Counted from the stretch's first letter, positions 1-11,497 are shown. The stretch: DNA of 34,174 bases from Catajapyx aquilonaris (GCA_000934665.2 JYFJ02004169.1:1-34174); one strand, 5' to 3'. Translations and numbers: made by a program. The notes: a model not told the origin generated them from the letters alone.

Positions 1-406
1 ACTCTACAAGAACTAATTATTTACTGGTAACTAAACAACGCTGCCTGTTGACCCAGTGTTGACCTGTCTCGGTTGCGCCAACTGCGGCCAACAATGAACA
101 GACCAGAAGGCCTATTTATTGACACACCCGGGTCAGTCCAGTTCCGACGGATTGGGCCTGTGGTTTGGCAGCTAGTGACCTCATGTGAAACCCTCCAGCG
201 AACACCAGAACAGCCTGTTTCCCACGGATGACCCTTTTTTTCTCCTCATTAATATTGTTACATGGGCATTGGACCTAATATCAGCAGGTGCTATTCCCGA
301 TTCTCCAGAAAGTATCTCTTATTGATCTCTTAGCAACGACCTGCTTATAAACAAGCAGCTTGCTGATTTTTCCAATAACTGTTGGTGCCATAAAGTTGGA
401 TCACCC

Positions 407-815
407 TGTATTTGAAACATTGAGATCGCCATTTCTGTAATCATAATTGAATTAATTGCGCACCTCTGTTATCTCGGCTGTTTATAATCCGAAATACTTC
501 ACGATTGTATCGACGGCAAGCCAGAAATTATAAGATTACATTGTGGTTCTATTACACTAAACAATTTAAAAAGTATTGATTCAGTAAGTTTAATAGAAAA
601 TGACCCAGCCCGCTTTCTGGAGGGAATAGACGGCGATACTTTTAAATACTTTTTAAATTTTTTAGTGTAATAGAACCACAATGTAATCTTATAATTTCTG
701 GCTTGCCGTCGATACAATCGTGAAGTAATTCGGATTATAAACAGCCGAGATAACAGAGGTGTGCAATTAACTAAATTATGATTACAGAAATGGCGATCTC
801 AATGTTTCAAATACA
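407..815. repeat. Long inverted repeat (fold-back element): arms about 170 bp (407-577 and 645-815), spacer about 67 bp
   Basis: tgtatttgaaacattgagatcgccatttctgtaatc... is mirrored by ...gattacagaaatggcgatctcaatgtttcaaataca with few mismatches. Confidence 0.9.
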
Positions 816-1429
816 TCATTAGATAGACAAAGATGTGCACTATCCAGGGTTCACGGGGGGATTTTTTTGGCCTCCTGAAAGTGTCATAAAAAAATTCACT
901 TGGCGGTGCAATGTCGGCAACTAGTCAAAAAATGACACTTTTCCCCCTTCTTTTTACAATAAAAAATTAGACACTGACGATAGGTAAACAACTCTCATAT
1001 ATGTAACGTGGATTTAAACAAGCTTTCGAACGATATATAACTTAATTTTTTTGGATAATTTTCCTGTGACTTGTTTAGAGTCAAACACAGGGCTCTATAT
1101 TAAATAAACGGATAGTAGACGATCTTATTCACTAGTGTATTTACGTCTTGTCCCCCAAGTGACAAAGCAAGCGAATTTTTTGCAGTTCCTTGCAAAAACG
1201 CGAAAAACCACCCATCTTATTAGGGTTAACCACAGATTTATTTTTATTGCAAATGATATGGCTAACCATTTGTTCATTTGGATTGAAGATAGCCAAGGAA
1301 TACAAGTATAAGAGGGTGAATCAAATGAATCCTGTTTAGGATGCCTAGAGCGGAGACTTGAAACTTTTACCACAACAAGAATGTGTCAATACCTTTTAAA
1401 AGCATAGGCCATAGTCTGCATGGGCATAC

Positions 1430-1850
1430 CGCACATGGTGCCACAGCCATTCCAAGCCGGCAAACTCCCTGTTGTACATTCCCTAGCAGGATCAGTGCAT
1501 TGTTATTCCATTTCTGACAGCCAAGGGTAATAGACTTGCAGAAATCCATTGAAGAAGGCTTTACAGCAGTGGTTTCCAACCTTTTACCAACTGCGGCCCC
1601 CTAAACATGTTTCCATAAATGTGCAAACTCCCCTCCCAGCCCCTTCTACAACTGACCAATTTCCAGAAAACATACACTCTGTACAGCCACAAAAATGGTT
1701 CAATTTACACAGAAATTGCAGCAAAAAAAAACAAAAAAAACAAAAAAAAGCGTTGAACAAAGGCTTGCGACCCTGTCCGCGACCCCCAGGTTGGAAACCA
1801 CTGTCTTACACTGTATGGTGCCGGTGTTGAAGACATTCCAGTGACCATCC
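1430..1850 (+). pseudogene. Decayed mariner transposase 5' fragment, interrupted by a hAT MITE
   Basis: Reads DQCIVIPFLTAKGNRLAEIH*RR..[insertion]..LYGAG, matching the mariner N-terminal pattern (Q R.VI.FL..KG..P.EIH..M..VYG). It shares ggatcagtgcattgttatt with the opposite-strand relic near 2193-2211. Confidence 0.55.
1567..1803 (+). mobile_element. Non-autonomous hAT (Charlie-like) MITE, copy 1
   Basis: TIRs CAGTGGTTTCCAACCT ... AGGTTGGAAACCACTG; degenerate 8-bp flanks ctttacag/tcttacac; an inverted homolog lies at 7964-8187. Confidence 0.8.
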
Positions 1851-1889
1851 CATGCACAGCTGCTGCTCCACAGTCAAACACTTGGGTGC

Positions 1890-2230
1890 GATACCACAGG
1901 TGGTTATGGACAATTGTGAATACTGTACCGTAACTATGACTGACCATTGCAGCCAAGTAAGCCAGATGCACCCAATAATCATCCCTTATTAGCTGGCCCA
2001 CACATACAATGATGGCAGTGATTGTATGCTGATCCAGGCCTGATCCAAGTAGGTTGGCTGTGGATTGTCTGACATCTTGAAATCACCAGCACCACTTCAA
2101 AACAGTTGTGTTTGCCTGACACTAGTATCATACACTGTGAGCATCCTCAGATGGCTTTCCACAGGTCTTGGGCCCTTGGCCCTCAGATATAGAATAACAA
2201 TGCACTGATCCCCCTTGGACATCCATGACT
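1890..2230 (-). pseudogene. Decayed mariner transposase N-terminal (HTH) region
   Basis: With frameshifts it reads SKGDQCIVILYLRAKGPRPVESH..MLTVY..WC..F..GSG..T..VGQLIRDD..LAAMVSHSYGTVFTIVHNHLWYR, the mariner paired-HTH pattern. Confidence 0.65.
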
Positions 2231-2704
2231 GGGAGCAAGCCCCCTTGGAATGGCTGTGGAAGCATGTAAAGTATGCGCGTGCACTCTCTTATTTAGGAGA
2301 TATTGATGCTACCTTGCTGTGGTGGAAGTTTCAAATCCCTACGTCAGCAGTATCCACTCCAGATGCCATGAACATGTGTCATTCGATTCTCCCTAATATT
2401 TTGCTCTTAAACTACAGCACGTTTTAACAAATTTAATTAAATGGCATTTCTCAGTTGAAAAATTGAGAGCAGTAGAAAGCATGGGCTATTGATTTAGAGA
2501 ATGACAAGCTAACAGATATATTTTAGAAGCATAATATGTTGTGGAAGTTAAGAAAATAACATATTTTCAAGCTCTTGGGATGTAAATTTTGCAGGAAATA
2601 AGCAGAGAAGGAACTTTGATGTGTTAGAGCTTTAACTAAGGTCATAATATGGAACACTTTTTCTGACTATTCATTTGATTAAATTTTCCCCTGTGCCAAT
2701 AATA

Positions 2705-3090
2705 CGAGGGTGGATGAAATGAAAACAAGAATATTGAATCTATTTATTTACTGGTAGTTTGGGATGTTGCTTGAGATGAAAGAGTTGCGAACTCATACAT
2801 CAGTATGCCTCATATGGGCTTAGACCTTAGAAAGTTTGCTGATAGGTGGAATGTTAGTTATACAGTAGCTGGGCAAAGATGGTGACCACCCTTCTGGTGT
2901 GTACCAAGGAGGAAAAGAGAGGTGGTCCTCAGATTTTGCCATGTAACAGACAGAACCCATGGAAATGTATCAGCGAATGCAGGCACAACACAAATGTCCG
3001 TGTATGTTGTAGTCACTTGTCTACGAATGGTGTAAAAATATGCCAGAAATATGAAAGAATTCTGACAGGCAGACCACTGCCAAGCCAGTC
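2705..3090 (+). mobile_element. Mariner element 5' relic (terminus plus transposase start)
   Basis: TA|CGAGGG terminus; ATG at 2879 gives MVTTLLVCTKEEKR, followed by frameshifted ..PMEMYQRMQAQH..LVYEWCK. Confidence 0.65.
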
Positions 3091-3094
3091 GAAT

Positions 3095-3155
<61 letters not shown>

Positions 3156-3163
3156 CAGTAGCA
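3095..3163. repeat. (GTA)n microsatellite
   Basis: About 23 GTA/GCA units; may be the tail of a minus-strand retroposon at 3164-3410. Confidence 0.97.
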
Positions 3164-3634
3164 AGAGCTAATAACTGAGAGCATGTGACAAGTCCTTTGC
3201 CGTGACTGAACCTCTGATGGAGCAGGGAAGTGTTGCGATTAGTTTCCCTCTGGCGCGACTAGGCCGAACCAAGAAGGGAACCTTTGTCCCGCCCATAGAG
3301 GCGTGGCTACTTCAGGATGGCAACTCTTTCTGTTGCTCACTTATCACCTTGGGTCGGGGTGGGTGCGAAGAATTCAAGGCCCCAGGGCTCCTGGACTTTG
3401 ACCCTGGTAAAAAGTGAAAATGACACAATTAACAAAACTATTGTTGACCATATATTGAGCAATGTGCAGCATACTTTCCGCAAAATAAGGTATGACTGTT
3501 ACAAAAAAAAAAAAGGGAGGGTGATGGACACTTTCTGACTTCATATTCGGAATCAGCGAGTGTGAATGCATTAGAAACAGCTAAAATTGTTCATGAGCCA
3601 AAAACCTTGTTGACTAGTGTTATTAGTGCGTAAT

Positions 3635-4583
3635 ATATGGCCTACCCTTATCAAGATGAAAGTGAGGAATATAAGTGTGGCACTGCGCATTTTTTACGCA
3701 CAAATAGTACCATCAGTATTGTATAATGTGCAAATATGGGGTTTGCAATATGCTGAAGACCTGGAACGAGTGCAAACGTATTTCCTTAAAAAAATTCTGG
3801 GATTGCCACGATCTAGTGCGGGTTACTTTGTGAGACTGGAGACTGGCAGGAGGCAACTGGAAGTTAAAATCTTTAAAAGATTGCTGTTATTCCTAAAACA
3901 AATGAGTGTACTAACGGATAGGAGTATATTGAAACAAAGTTATGATTACCAAACGCAGGGTACTTTTATTGCTAAGAAAGACTGGCTAGTATTGGTTGAA
4001 AGAATGTTAAATAAAATTGGTATATCTTGGGAATATTGGACAGCGAACTGTAATGAAATGACTGTGAGTGACTTGGTTGGAAGGATGGTATATGTAACAA
4101 TAGAGAAAGATTGGCAAGACCTGGCAAAGTCGAGAGGGTATGCGTATTACGAAGACATATGAAATGGTTATACACAAGAACAATATATGTATCAAAAATT
4201 GCCACTGAAAATTATAAGATTTATGGCAAATCTAAGGAATAATTATTCTAAAACACTTTGGGTGAACAATTATAGGTTGGCTTTTAACGATGAGGAGATG
4301 TGTACATTGTGCAATAGCCAATGGAGTAATGTGATATATCATATGGTGTACGAATGTTGTTTTGCAAATGAATTCAGAGAGAGCTCGCTAGAGGGCTTCC
4401 CAAAAGTGCCAATTGACAAGATGCATACGTTATTCCATCAGACGCCAGCTGACAGACTTTTTGTTTTGTATAATTTCTTTTGTCTAGTTATTAAGAAACT
4501 AAACCTCTGTAATATAGTTTTATAAGTGGAGGGTCTTTCCATAATAATGTATCAAATGTTGATTGGAATTAAAACTTACTTAC
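3635..4583 (+). mobile_element. 5'-truncated non-LTR retrotransposon (LINE ORF2 C-terminus)
   Basis: Post-RT region IFYAQIVPSVLYNVQIWG..LERVQTYFLKKILGLP..RLETG and a C-terminal CCHC (CTLCN..YHMVYEC). One in-frame TGA at 4160-4162 separates the two ORFs. Ends in an (ACTT)n tail. 14-bp TSD tattagtgc(g/t)taat at 3621-3634 and 4584-4597. Confidence 0.88.
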
Positions 4584-4909
4584 TATTAGTGCTTAATTTT
4601 ACAGAGCAATTTATGTATGCACAATGATTTTATCATATGGGGTTAATATTATTTTTTCTCATTACCAAACAGAACACTGGTGGCAGGAAGTCTCCAACTG
4701 CCTGTCACACCTCCTTGGAAAGGCACTTTCAACGTGCCCTGGTGGAAGCACAAGAGGCACACAAGGAACAACATCTGGTGAGGAGACCAAGGACTGCTGC
4801 CGTACCTCGGACACACCGAAGCCTTTCCCATACATAGATGCTGACAGCATTTACAATGGAAATCATAACACCATTTAGTTTAAAAGGTCATTCATCATAT
4901 AAAAAAAAA

Positions 4910-5466
4910 AATGTTCATTGGATTTAAAATGTCACTTGTGTATACAGACAATGATCATTCCATTATGAGGGAATATAGTTTCTTTCAGTTTAAAAGGTCA
5001 CTTTTGCTTACAATGATTGGTCATTTATCAGGAAATAAGTTTTTTCTTAGGTTTAAAATGTCACTTGTGTATACAGACAAAGATCATTCCATTATGAGGG
5101 AATATAGTTTCTTTCAGTCTAAAAGGTCACTTTTGCTTACAATGATTGGTCATTGTATCAGGAAATAAGTTTTTTCTTAGGTTTAAAATGTCACTTGTGT
5201 ATACAGACAATGATCATTCCATTATGAGGGAATATAGTTTCTTTCAGTTTAAAAGGTCAGTTTTGCTTACAATGATTGGTCATTTATCAGGAAATAAGTT
5301 TTTTCTTAGGTTTAAAATGTCACTTGTGTATACAGACAAAGATCATTCCATTATGAGGGAATATATATAGTTTCTTTCAGTTTAAAAGGTCACTTTTGCT
5401 TACAATGATTGGTCATTGTATCAGGAAATAAGTTTTTCTTAGGTTTAAAATGTCACTTGTGTATAT
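4910..5466. repeat. Tandem repeat, unit about 130 bp, about 4.2 copies, dimeric higher-order pattern
   Basis: tttaaaatgtcacttgtgtatacagac recurs at about 4923, 5052, 5182 and 5311, with a partial fifth copy at about 5444. Confidence 0.95.
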
Positions 5467-6021
5467 GGATAATGGCTTGCCTTGGTGAAAGTACAAGATG
5501 CACACAAGAAGTGGGAGAAACAACTGTGTGGGAGGCCCAAGAATTACAGCGTACCTCTGACTCAACCCAGCTTCTACTCTCCACCAATATTGGCAGTCTC
5601 TGTTGTTATGAACAATGGCTGAGATAAAAATTGTAACGTGTATGTGGTTTTTTTCTTCCATGACTTGCATGCCTGAAGGCGCACCATGATATTCACACAG
5701 CCCCCTGTGCTGTACAGTACCTCTCCACAAAGTGCTTATGATTACCACTAGAGTCTGAATCTGACCTTGAATTTTTTTATTATATTTATTTATTTATTTT
5801 TAAATCCAGAATTTTCTCGTAAGTTGTTTCTGGCAAGGGAACAGGGACAAGGGAACATCATGATGTGAGAATAACTGAATTGGCCAAATATCAATCAGTG
5901 GGTAAATCACATGTGTAGAATTCACTGGTGAAATCAAAAAGACCCACTCCGCAGTCATTTTCGAGATAATGAGTGACGACATCCAGCACGCTCAGTACTG
6001 TTTAGAGCAGCCGCCTCTTAA

Positions 6022-6435
6022 AGGGACACTCCACTCAAAATACAAGTTGGCCCCCAAAAATTGGGCAAAAAATACTGATTCCGAATGTGCAATCTGTTTT
6101 TTTCTACTCCCAACGGTAACACGGAAAATCATATATCTACACACGTCGTCTGCTAAGAAGGGCGATACAGCACCATCCCGCGGGAAACCGGAGAAGTATA
6201 ACGCGCACAGTAAACACCTGCCGCGCCAGGCGTGCCTGGTCTAGTTCCGCCCAGTTCCACTCTGGTGGCGTCGCCACCTGCGCCCACCGCCCCGCGCGCG
6301 GTTTTCGAACGACACACTTCCAGCTTTCACACTGTCCTTACCGTTCGTCTCTAAGAAAAACTGCTTATACCCTCGGAATCAGCATTTTTTGCCCGATTTT
6401 TAGAACCCAACGTGTATTTTGAGTGGAGTGTCCCT
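6022..6435. mobile_element. Kolobok-like MITE with TTAA TSD
   Basis: TTAA|AGGGACACTCCACTCAAAATAC ... GTATTTTGAGTGGAGTGTCCCT|TTAA; imperfect TIR about 60 bp. A diverged end fragment lies near 14670-14725. Confidence 0.85.
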
Positions 6436-6737
6436 TTAATCCACCTGCCCACTTGACCTATTTTTTGCTTCCTTCCATTATCTCAAAAAAATTGAGATGA
6501 TTTTGCATTGAATCCAAATGCAAAATCATCTCATCTTTTTGAGTGGTAAAAGTACATGAGGGAGGTAGACTATAATATTGTTAGTGCCTGTCTGGTGCAA
6601 ATTTTAGTCACAATTAACTGACGACATACACATTTCCAATTACATGTTCAATATATTGTAGATTGTATGAGTGCAAGCATGGTCTTAGTATTCTAAGGTC
6701 TGGTCACTCCCTCTTATCGCCTCCTGAGGCGTTTTGC

Positions 6738-6989
6738 ATGAGGTGCTCACTTGAGAGGGCCATGAGACAGCTTTCACTGCTACATTATGTGGCGACCCTA
6801 CCGGACCGCGCTGAACTTAGATAGAAGGGAAGCCGCTACATGCGGCCCCAACATGGCCCCCGGTGACCATGTTGGGTCCCCCAATGTAGCGCTTCCCTTT
6901 CGTACCTATAAAGTTCAGCGTGGTCCTGTAGGGTCGCCACATAATGTAGCAGTGAAAGGTCTCATGGCTGTCTCAAGTGAGCACCTCAT
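6738..6989. repeat. Palindromic MITE-like element, about 250 bp
   Basis: atgaggtgctcacttgaga..tttcactgctacattatgtggcgacccta is mirrored by tagggtcgccacataatgtagcagtgaaag..tctcaagtgagcacctcat. Confidence 0.85.
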
Positions 6990-7322
6990 CCTGGTCTACG
7001 AACTGGGTTACATTCCTGAAAATGTCCATAAGTTGGATTTGCATGTAACTCTGATTCCTGAGGAATAGCACATATTATGCAGTGTATAAAGCTGCTCCAA
7101 CGAACCGCTTACATCATGTGTGTTTACATGCATGGAAGAAGGTAGTTTCCCAATTATTTTTAATTATACAGTAGTTATGTTGAACTTGGTGTTGGTCAAC
7201 GTATGCATAAGTGAATGAAACAGATTGAAAGTGGAGGGATAGTTATAGATTATTAATTTTCGGGGAAGTCTTGGGAGCCGGAAGTTGGGTTGTTCATAAA
7301 CCGGGGACTACCTGTATCAAGT

Positions 7323-7323
<1 letters not shown>

Positions 7324-7364
<41 letters not shown>
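7324..7364. repeat. (AG)n microsatellite
   Basis: About 20 AG units. Confidence 0.97.
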
Positions 7365-7368
<4 letters not shown>

Positions 7369-7525
7369 GAAAAAACTGGAAGGCGCAGTCAGAATTGTCT
7401 ATTCATTGGGTCCATTGATTCCATCACTTCTCTTGGGATTTCACACTCCAATAGTCCGGGTTCTGCCAGATTCCAATCAGAAATGGAACTAGAATTGAAG
7501 ACCTACAGCATTAACTTACTGTTAG

Positions 7526-7891
7526 GGGGGAGGCGTGGTGGCCAAGTTAGTAATGACTTGGCTTGCTGAGCGAAAGGTCCCGGGTTCGATCCCCTCCCGG
7601 GAGTTCCTTTTTGCATGCGTCAAGAGAGTCTCTGACCCACCTCTTGGAGGATTCTGGCAACCTAGCCTCCAGGGAGACTGACTGCACATGACCCCTTTGA
7701 AGACATTCCACCAGCACCCGTGTCTCCTCCCCAAAAATCCCCATCCCTACTCCATGTCCTTTCTTCCCTGTATGCAGTTTGAAGAAAAATTACATGAAAA
7801 TGGAAAGTATGGTGGTGTTCCACCCCCCTAAAAATAGCGCTGAACTCTCAAAATGGGGTAATAAAATAAAAATAAATAAATAAATAAATAA
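7526..7891 (+). mobile_element. tRNA-derived SINE with 13-bp TSD
   Basis: A-box-like TGGCCAAGTTAG, B box GGTTCGATCCC, (TAAA)n tail, TSD aacttactgttag at 7513-7525 and 7892-7904. Confidence 0.9.
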
Positions 7892-7963
7892 AACTTACTG
7901 TTAGTTCTGTCGCAGGCTGTTGCCACAAAACAATTTTAAAATCAATAGGTAACTTAGAGACTA

Positions 7964-8187
7964 CAGTGGTTTACAACCTGGGGGTCGCAGGCAGGGTCGC
8001 GAGCCTTTGTTAAACCTCTTTTTTTGTTGTTGTTTGTGGTTTTTTTTGCAATATCTGTGTAAATTGAACCATTTTTGCAGCCGTACAGAGTGTTTTCTGG
8101 AAATGGGGCAGTTGTAGGAGGGGCGGGTCGCACATTTATGGAAACATGTTTAGGGAGTTGTAGTTGATAAAATGTTGGAAACCCCTG
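7964..8187 (-). mobile_element. hAT MITE, copy 2 (inverted relative to 1567-1803)
   Basis: cagtggtttacaacctgggggtcgc...tggaaacatgtttagg...gttggaaacccctg is the reverse complement of copy 1. Confidence 0.8.
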
Positions 8188-8987
8188 CTCTAGGTATAAG
8201 AGACTACAAGGGACTGCAGAAATTAGTATGTTATATCCAGAGTCAACTGTGTTAATATTTTGTAAAAAAGGCGGCAGGTCCTATGCCCATTCCCAGAAAT
8301 AATTCTACTATAATCAGGGTCCATTATGGACAGGTTTCACTGTATTAGTGTGTACTGTTTTCAATGACTGTGTGGCAATAATCTGTATATACAGTGCATT
8401 GCAGAATACAGTGAGCACTTGACAAGATACTTAATCTTACTTTTCACTATCCCCTCTTCGTCCTCTTCCTTGCCGCTATTATTATTAACTACCTACCAGT
8501 GTGTCCGAAGTGTAGAACCAGCAAGCTATTGAGCAAGGCAAAGCACTGATTGCGAGTTCGCCTTGATCCTCTGTGATGGAGTAGGGGGTTACCCTCTCAA
8601 CGCAGGTTGACGAGATTAGATTAGTTACACGCTATGCACTGTGTCACAGAACTAGAATATTCTCATTTCTCAGGGCCCTGTACTCGCTCATTTTTCACCA
8701 TTACATAATTTTAGTATGCATTTTAGTTGCATGAATAATCATGTCATGAGGCATAGGATGCAATAAATACTCTGCTGGTTTTAATCTGTGAATTTATTTG
8801 TAATTACACTACACACATCTGAAATACACTACACTGGAAGTTTATTTCAATGCCTATATTTATGCAAGGAAAATATTGTTACACAAAGGATTTGCTAAAT
8901 TTGCCTATCTGTGACTAGCCATGCTGCAGGACGTCACAGGCAGCAAGTCCCACCATACACCCATTAGTTTGGAATTTCTGGGAACTC

Positions 8988-9012
8988 AACAACAACAACA
9001 ACAACAACAACA
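8988..9012. repeat. (CAA)n microsatellite
   Basis: About 8 CAA units. Confidence 0.9.
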
Positions 9013-9537
9013 TCACGACATTTCCCTATGAGGGGTAGTCAGCGATGAAGGGAACTCAAATCTTGTCAAATAAAGTTACGGTGCACTCAACTACATTAAC
9101 AATGACCATTTTGGACAGATTTTGACAGATAAAAACAATATCAGCAATGGGCCTGTAAAAATAATTGTCTAATTAATAATGGTGAATTCAACATTTATCA
9201 TATTGAGTGATGATCACATACACTCATGCCGAGTGACAAGAGGACAGTCACCTGTGAGTGACATAGAAAATTCAGAATGCTGCATGCATCACACGAATGT
9301 TTATTAATCTGATCTTTTTGCCTTTTTAAAAACCCTGTATGTTGAATTCCACATTTTGTATGACAGATGCTGATGATAAATATCTCCAAGTGGAATTAAA
9401 TTGATACACTGTATGAAAAGTACTCTGTGTAAATATTTCAATTTTTTTTTCCTTCGAGGTGTTTCATACTGACCAATTAGGTTACAAATCTTGCTGCATG
9501 AAATTGATTATTTAAAACCTAAGAGAATTCTCACCCA

Positions 9538-10621
9538 TTAAAGTTTGGCAAACTTGCGGCCCAACTTACACCTGATGTAACCAGATGGCTTGTCCACAGG
9601 AAGATACACTTCTTTGTTTTCCTTTACACCCAAACGGGGAAACTTGGAAAGGTCTACTTCAAAGTAATGCCTGTTTGGCATGTCCATTTCAATATTGCTT
9701 ATCTATAGGGGAGGGAAACCATGTGAGTTACAGACACCAAAAGATAAGCCTCAGTAATTTACATAACACTTACTTGAGGAACTTTGTCTAGAATTTCTTT
9801 CTCAATAATGTAAAGTGTATTTTGCACGGATGGTGAATAGGTTCCTTTCTCTGGAGGACCTGCAAAATTCTCAATGATGGTGTCCTTCACAAATTCTCTG
9901 CAAGATGCACAACATTAGTCCCATGGTGATAATGTGAGTATCAATGATAATCTCACCTGGCCTTTTCAAAGTTGAGATCTTTTGTTGTGAAGTACTCCCA
10001 GTTAGCTGATACACTAGTGGAAAAAATACGATCATCCATATCAGGGAGGCTACGAAACTCGTCATCCACAAATTTGACAAAAGAGGATTGTGTGGTTTTG
10101 AGCAGTCGAAGTCCTCTTAATCCGGACACAATACGGGGCATAGCTGGTGGTAAAAATTCAAGCATTATGTTCAAATAGCTGCATGGTTCCCGAAACTGTT
10201 ACATACCTCCTCTCTCTTGAATGACACTGCAAAAAGTAGTATTAATAGGAGTAGAGACAAATGCATGGTTATGCTCTTGACCAGCATGGACAACCCTCCT
10301 CCATGGATGGACCTCCACATGAACCATGGCTTTGGTCACATTGGAATAGCGAGAAAGGAAATGGTTGCAAAGAAGCAAAGCAAAGCCCTCAGGGCTGTTG
10401 ACACCATGGTTCTTGGCCAACAGGTAGACCGTGTTCTTTTGTGAATCAGTGGCCACAACATCCTCATTGTCTCCCTTGGTGTAATCCTTTTTGGACTGTA
10501 GGGACAGCTGTGTGCTCACTTCAAACTCCCGGATGGTGTGGTAGATCCCATCTCGTTTAACATGAAGTAGCTTCACCAAGCTCTTACCATAGCCAGTATC
10601 TAAGAATTCATAGTCACCCAT
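9538..10621 (-). CDS. UOX: Urate oxidase (uricase), paralog B; 4 coding exons, 296 aa, C-terminal PTS1 (AKL)
   Basis: Exons 10621-10207, 10143-9957, 9897-9774 and 9702-9538 are separated by short GT..AG introns. Motifs YGKS, ATDSQKNT, HNHAF, LKTTQSSF, RIFST, YSPSVQNTLY, MPNRHYF, PVDKPSG are present and the protein ends ...GRKFAKL*. The last three exons have the same lengths as in paralog A (187/124/165 nt). Confidence 0.96.
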
Positions 10622-10773
10622 CTTTTCGGCTGCACCTTCCTACGTAACAAGTATTGCATTAAAGAAATTAGTGTTACACTTCCCAGGTAAACCAATAAAA
10701 TGATAACTTTTTGTTCACATTACAAACAAATATTACACTATTTTTATGGACTTACTTGTCTCTAGGCACTTAC

Positions 10774-11040
10774 CCACTCAGAATGCCACTCAGAACTGAG
10801 CCCATATAACAAGTTGTTTGTGTCAAAAATATCAGGGGAGGCTGAAGAGATAAGCAGGAAGGAGCATAGAGGTTTCTCAGTGTCATCAAAGGGCATATCT
10901 TCTAACATATGACCTCTTTCCCACAGTTGCCACCTACCCATCCACTTCTGAAGGACTCCAAAAACTTGGTCACCATCCAAGCCACTGTGCAACAACTTAT
11001 TAAAGGCTGCCAAGGCCTCTGGCAAAAATCTGAGTAACAT
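10774..11040 (-). CDS. Putative upstream exon or uORF of UOX-B (89 codons) that can splice in frame onto uricase
   Basis: ATG at 11040 has an in-frame TGA just upstream. The frame is open to a phase-0 donor TGG|GTAAGT at 10774. The acceptor TAG|GAAGGTGCAGCCGAAAAG at 10639 lies exactly 18 nt before the uricase ATG. No family recognised; could be 5' UTR. Confidence 0.35.
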
Positions 11041-11497
11041 GACGATGACTCATGTGGACACAATGTCGAGTTTTTTTTTGTGGACAATATACCTATTTTG
11101 CAACATAGGACATATAAAAGCCTGTAGTAGATACATACACATGAAGAATGATGTTATCTGGGAAACTTGCACTTTGCACATTTATTTTTAACTCTCTACA
11201 CTTCCAGAAAGTTACATTACTACTGGGTCAAGGTTGCCACATATTATGTAGCATATGCCATTATGAATTTTTTGCAGCACAAAGATTAGTTGAACTGCAT
11301 AACATTCCAAATGCCATAGTGACTCTCAAATCAATTCTGAAATTGAGCCAAACACGTGCAATATCACTGGGTCAAAAAAGATGAAACTCGTCGATAAATC
11401 ACTCATTTTACAATGAAATTTATTTTATTGGCAGAGCCTTTCATAGTCACATCTAATGATCCTCTATAAAACTATGGTGACGACATGCTGTTTGTAT

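Noticed and set aside
2858..3184. Poly-Tyr and poly-Val ORFs (also poly-Leu at 12148-12354 and the ER repeat at 7271-7492)
   Set aside because: These are translations of microsatellites.
4160..4162. Selenocysteine or readthrough TGA
   Set aside because: It lies within a truncated LINE, so an ordinary nonsense mutation is far more likely.
4910..5466. CRISPR array or repeat-encoded peptides
   Set aside because: There are no unique spacers, the context is eukaryotic, and the ORFs are by-products of the tandem repeat.
10774..11040. OHCU decarboxylase fused to uricase (as in Bacillus PucL)
   Set aside because: No HPDL/SxxEQ/YxxKFGFPF-like motifs are visible in the upstream ORF.
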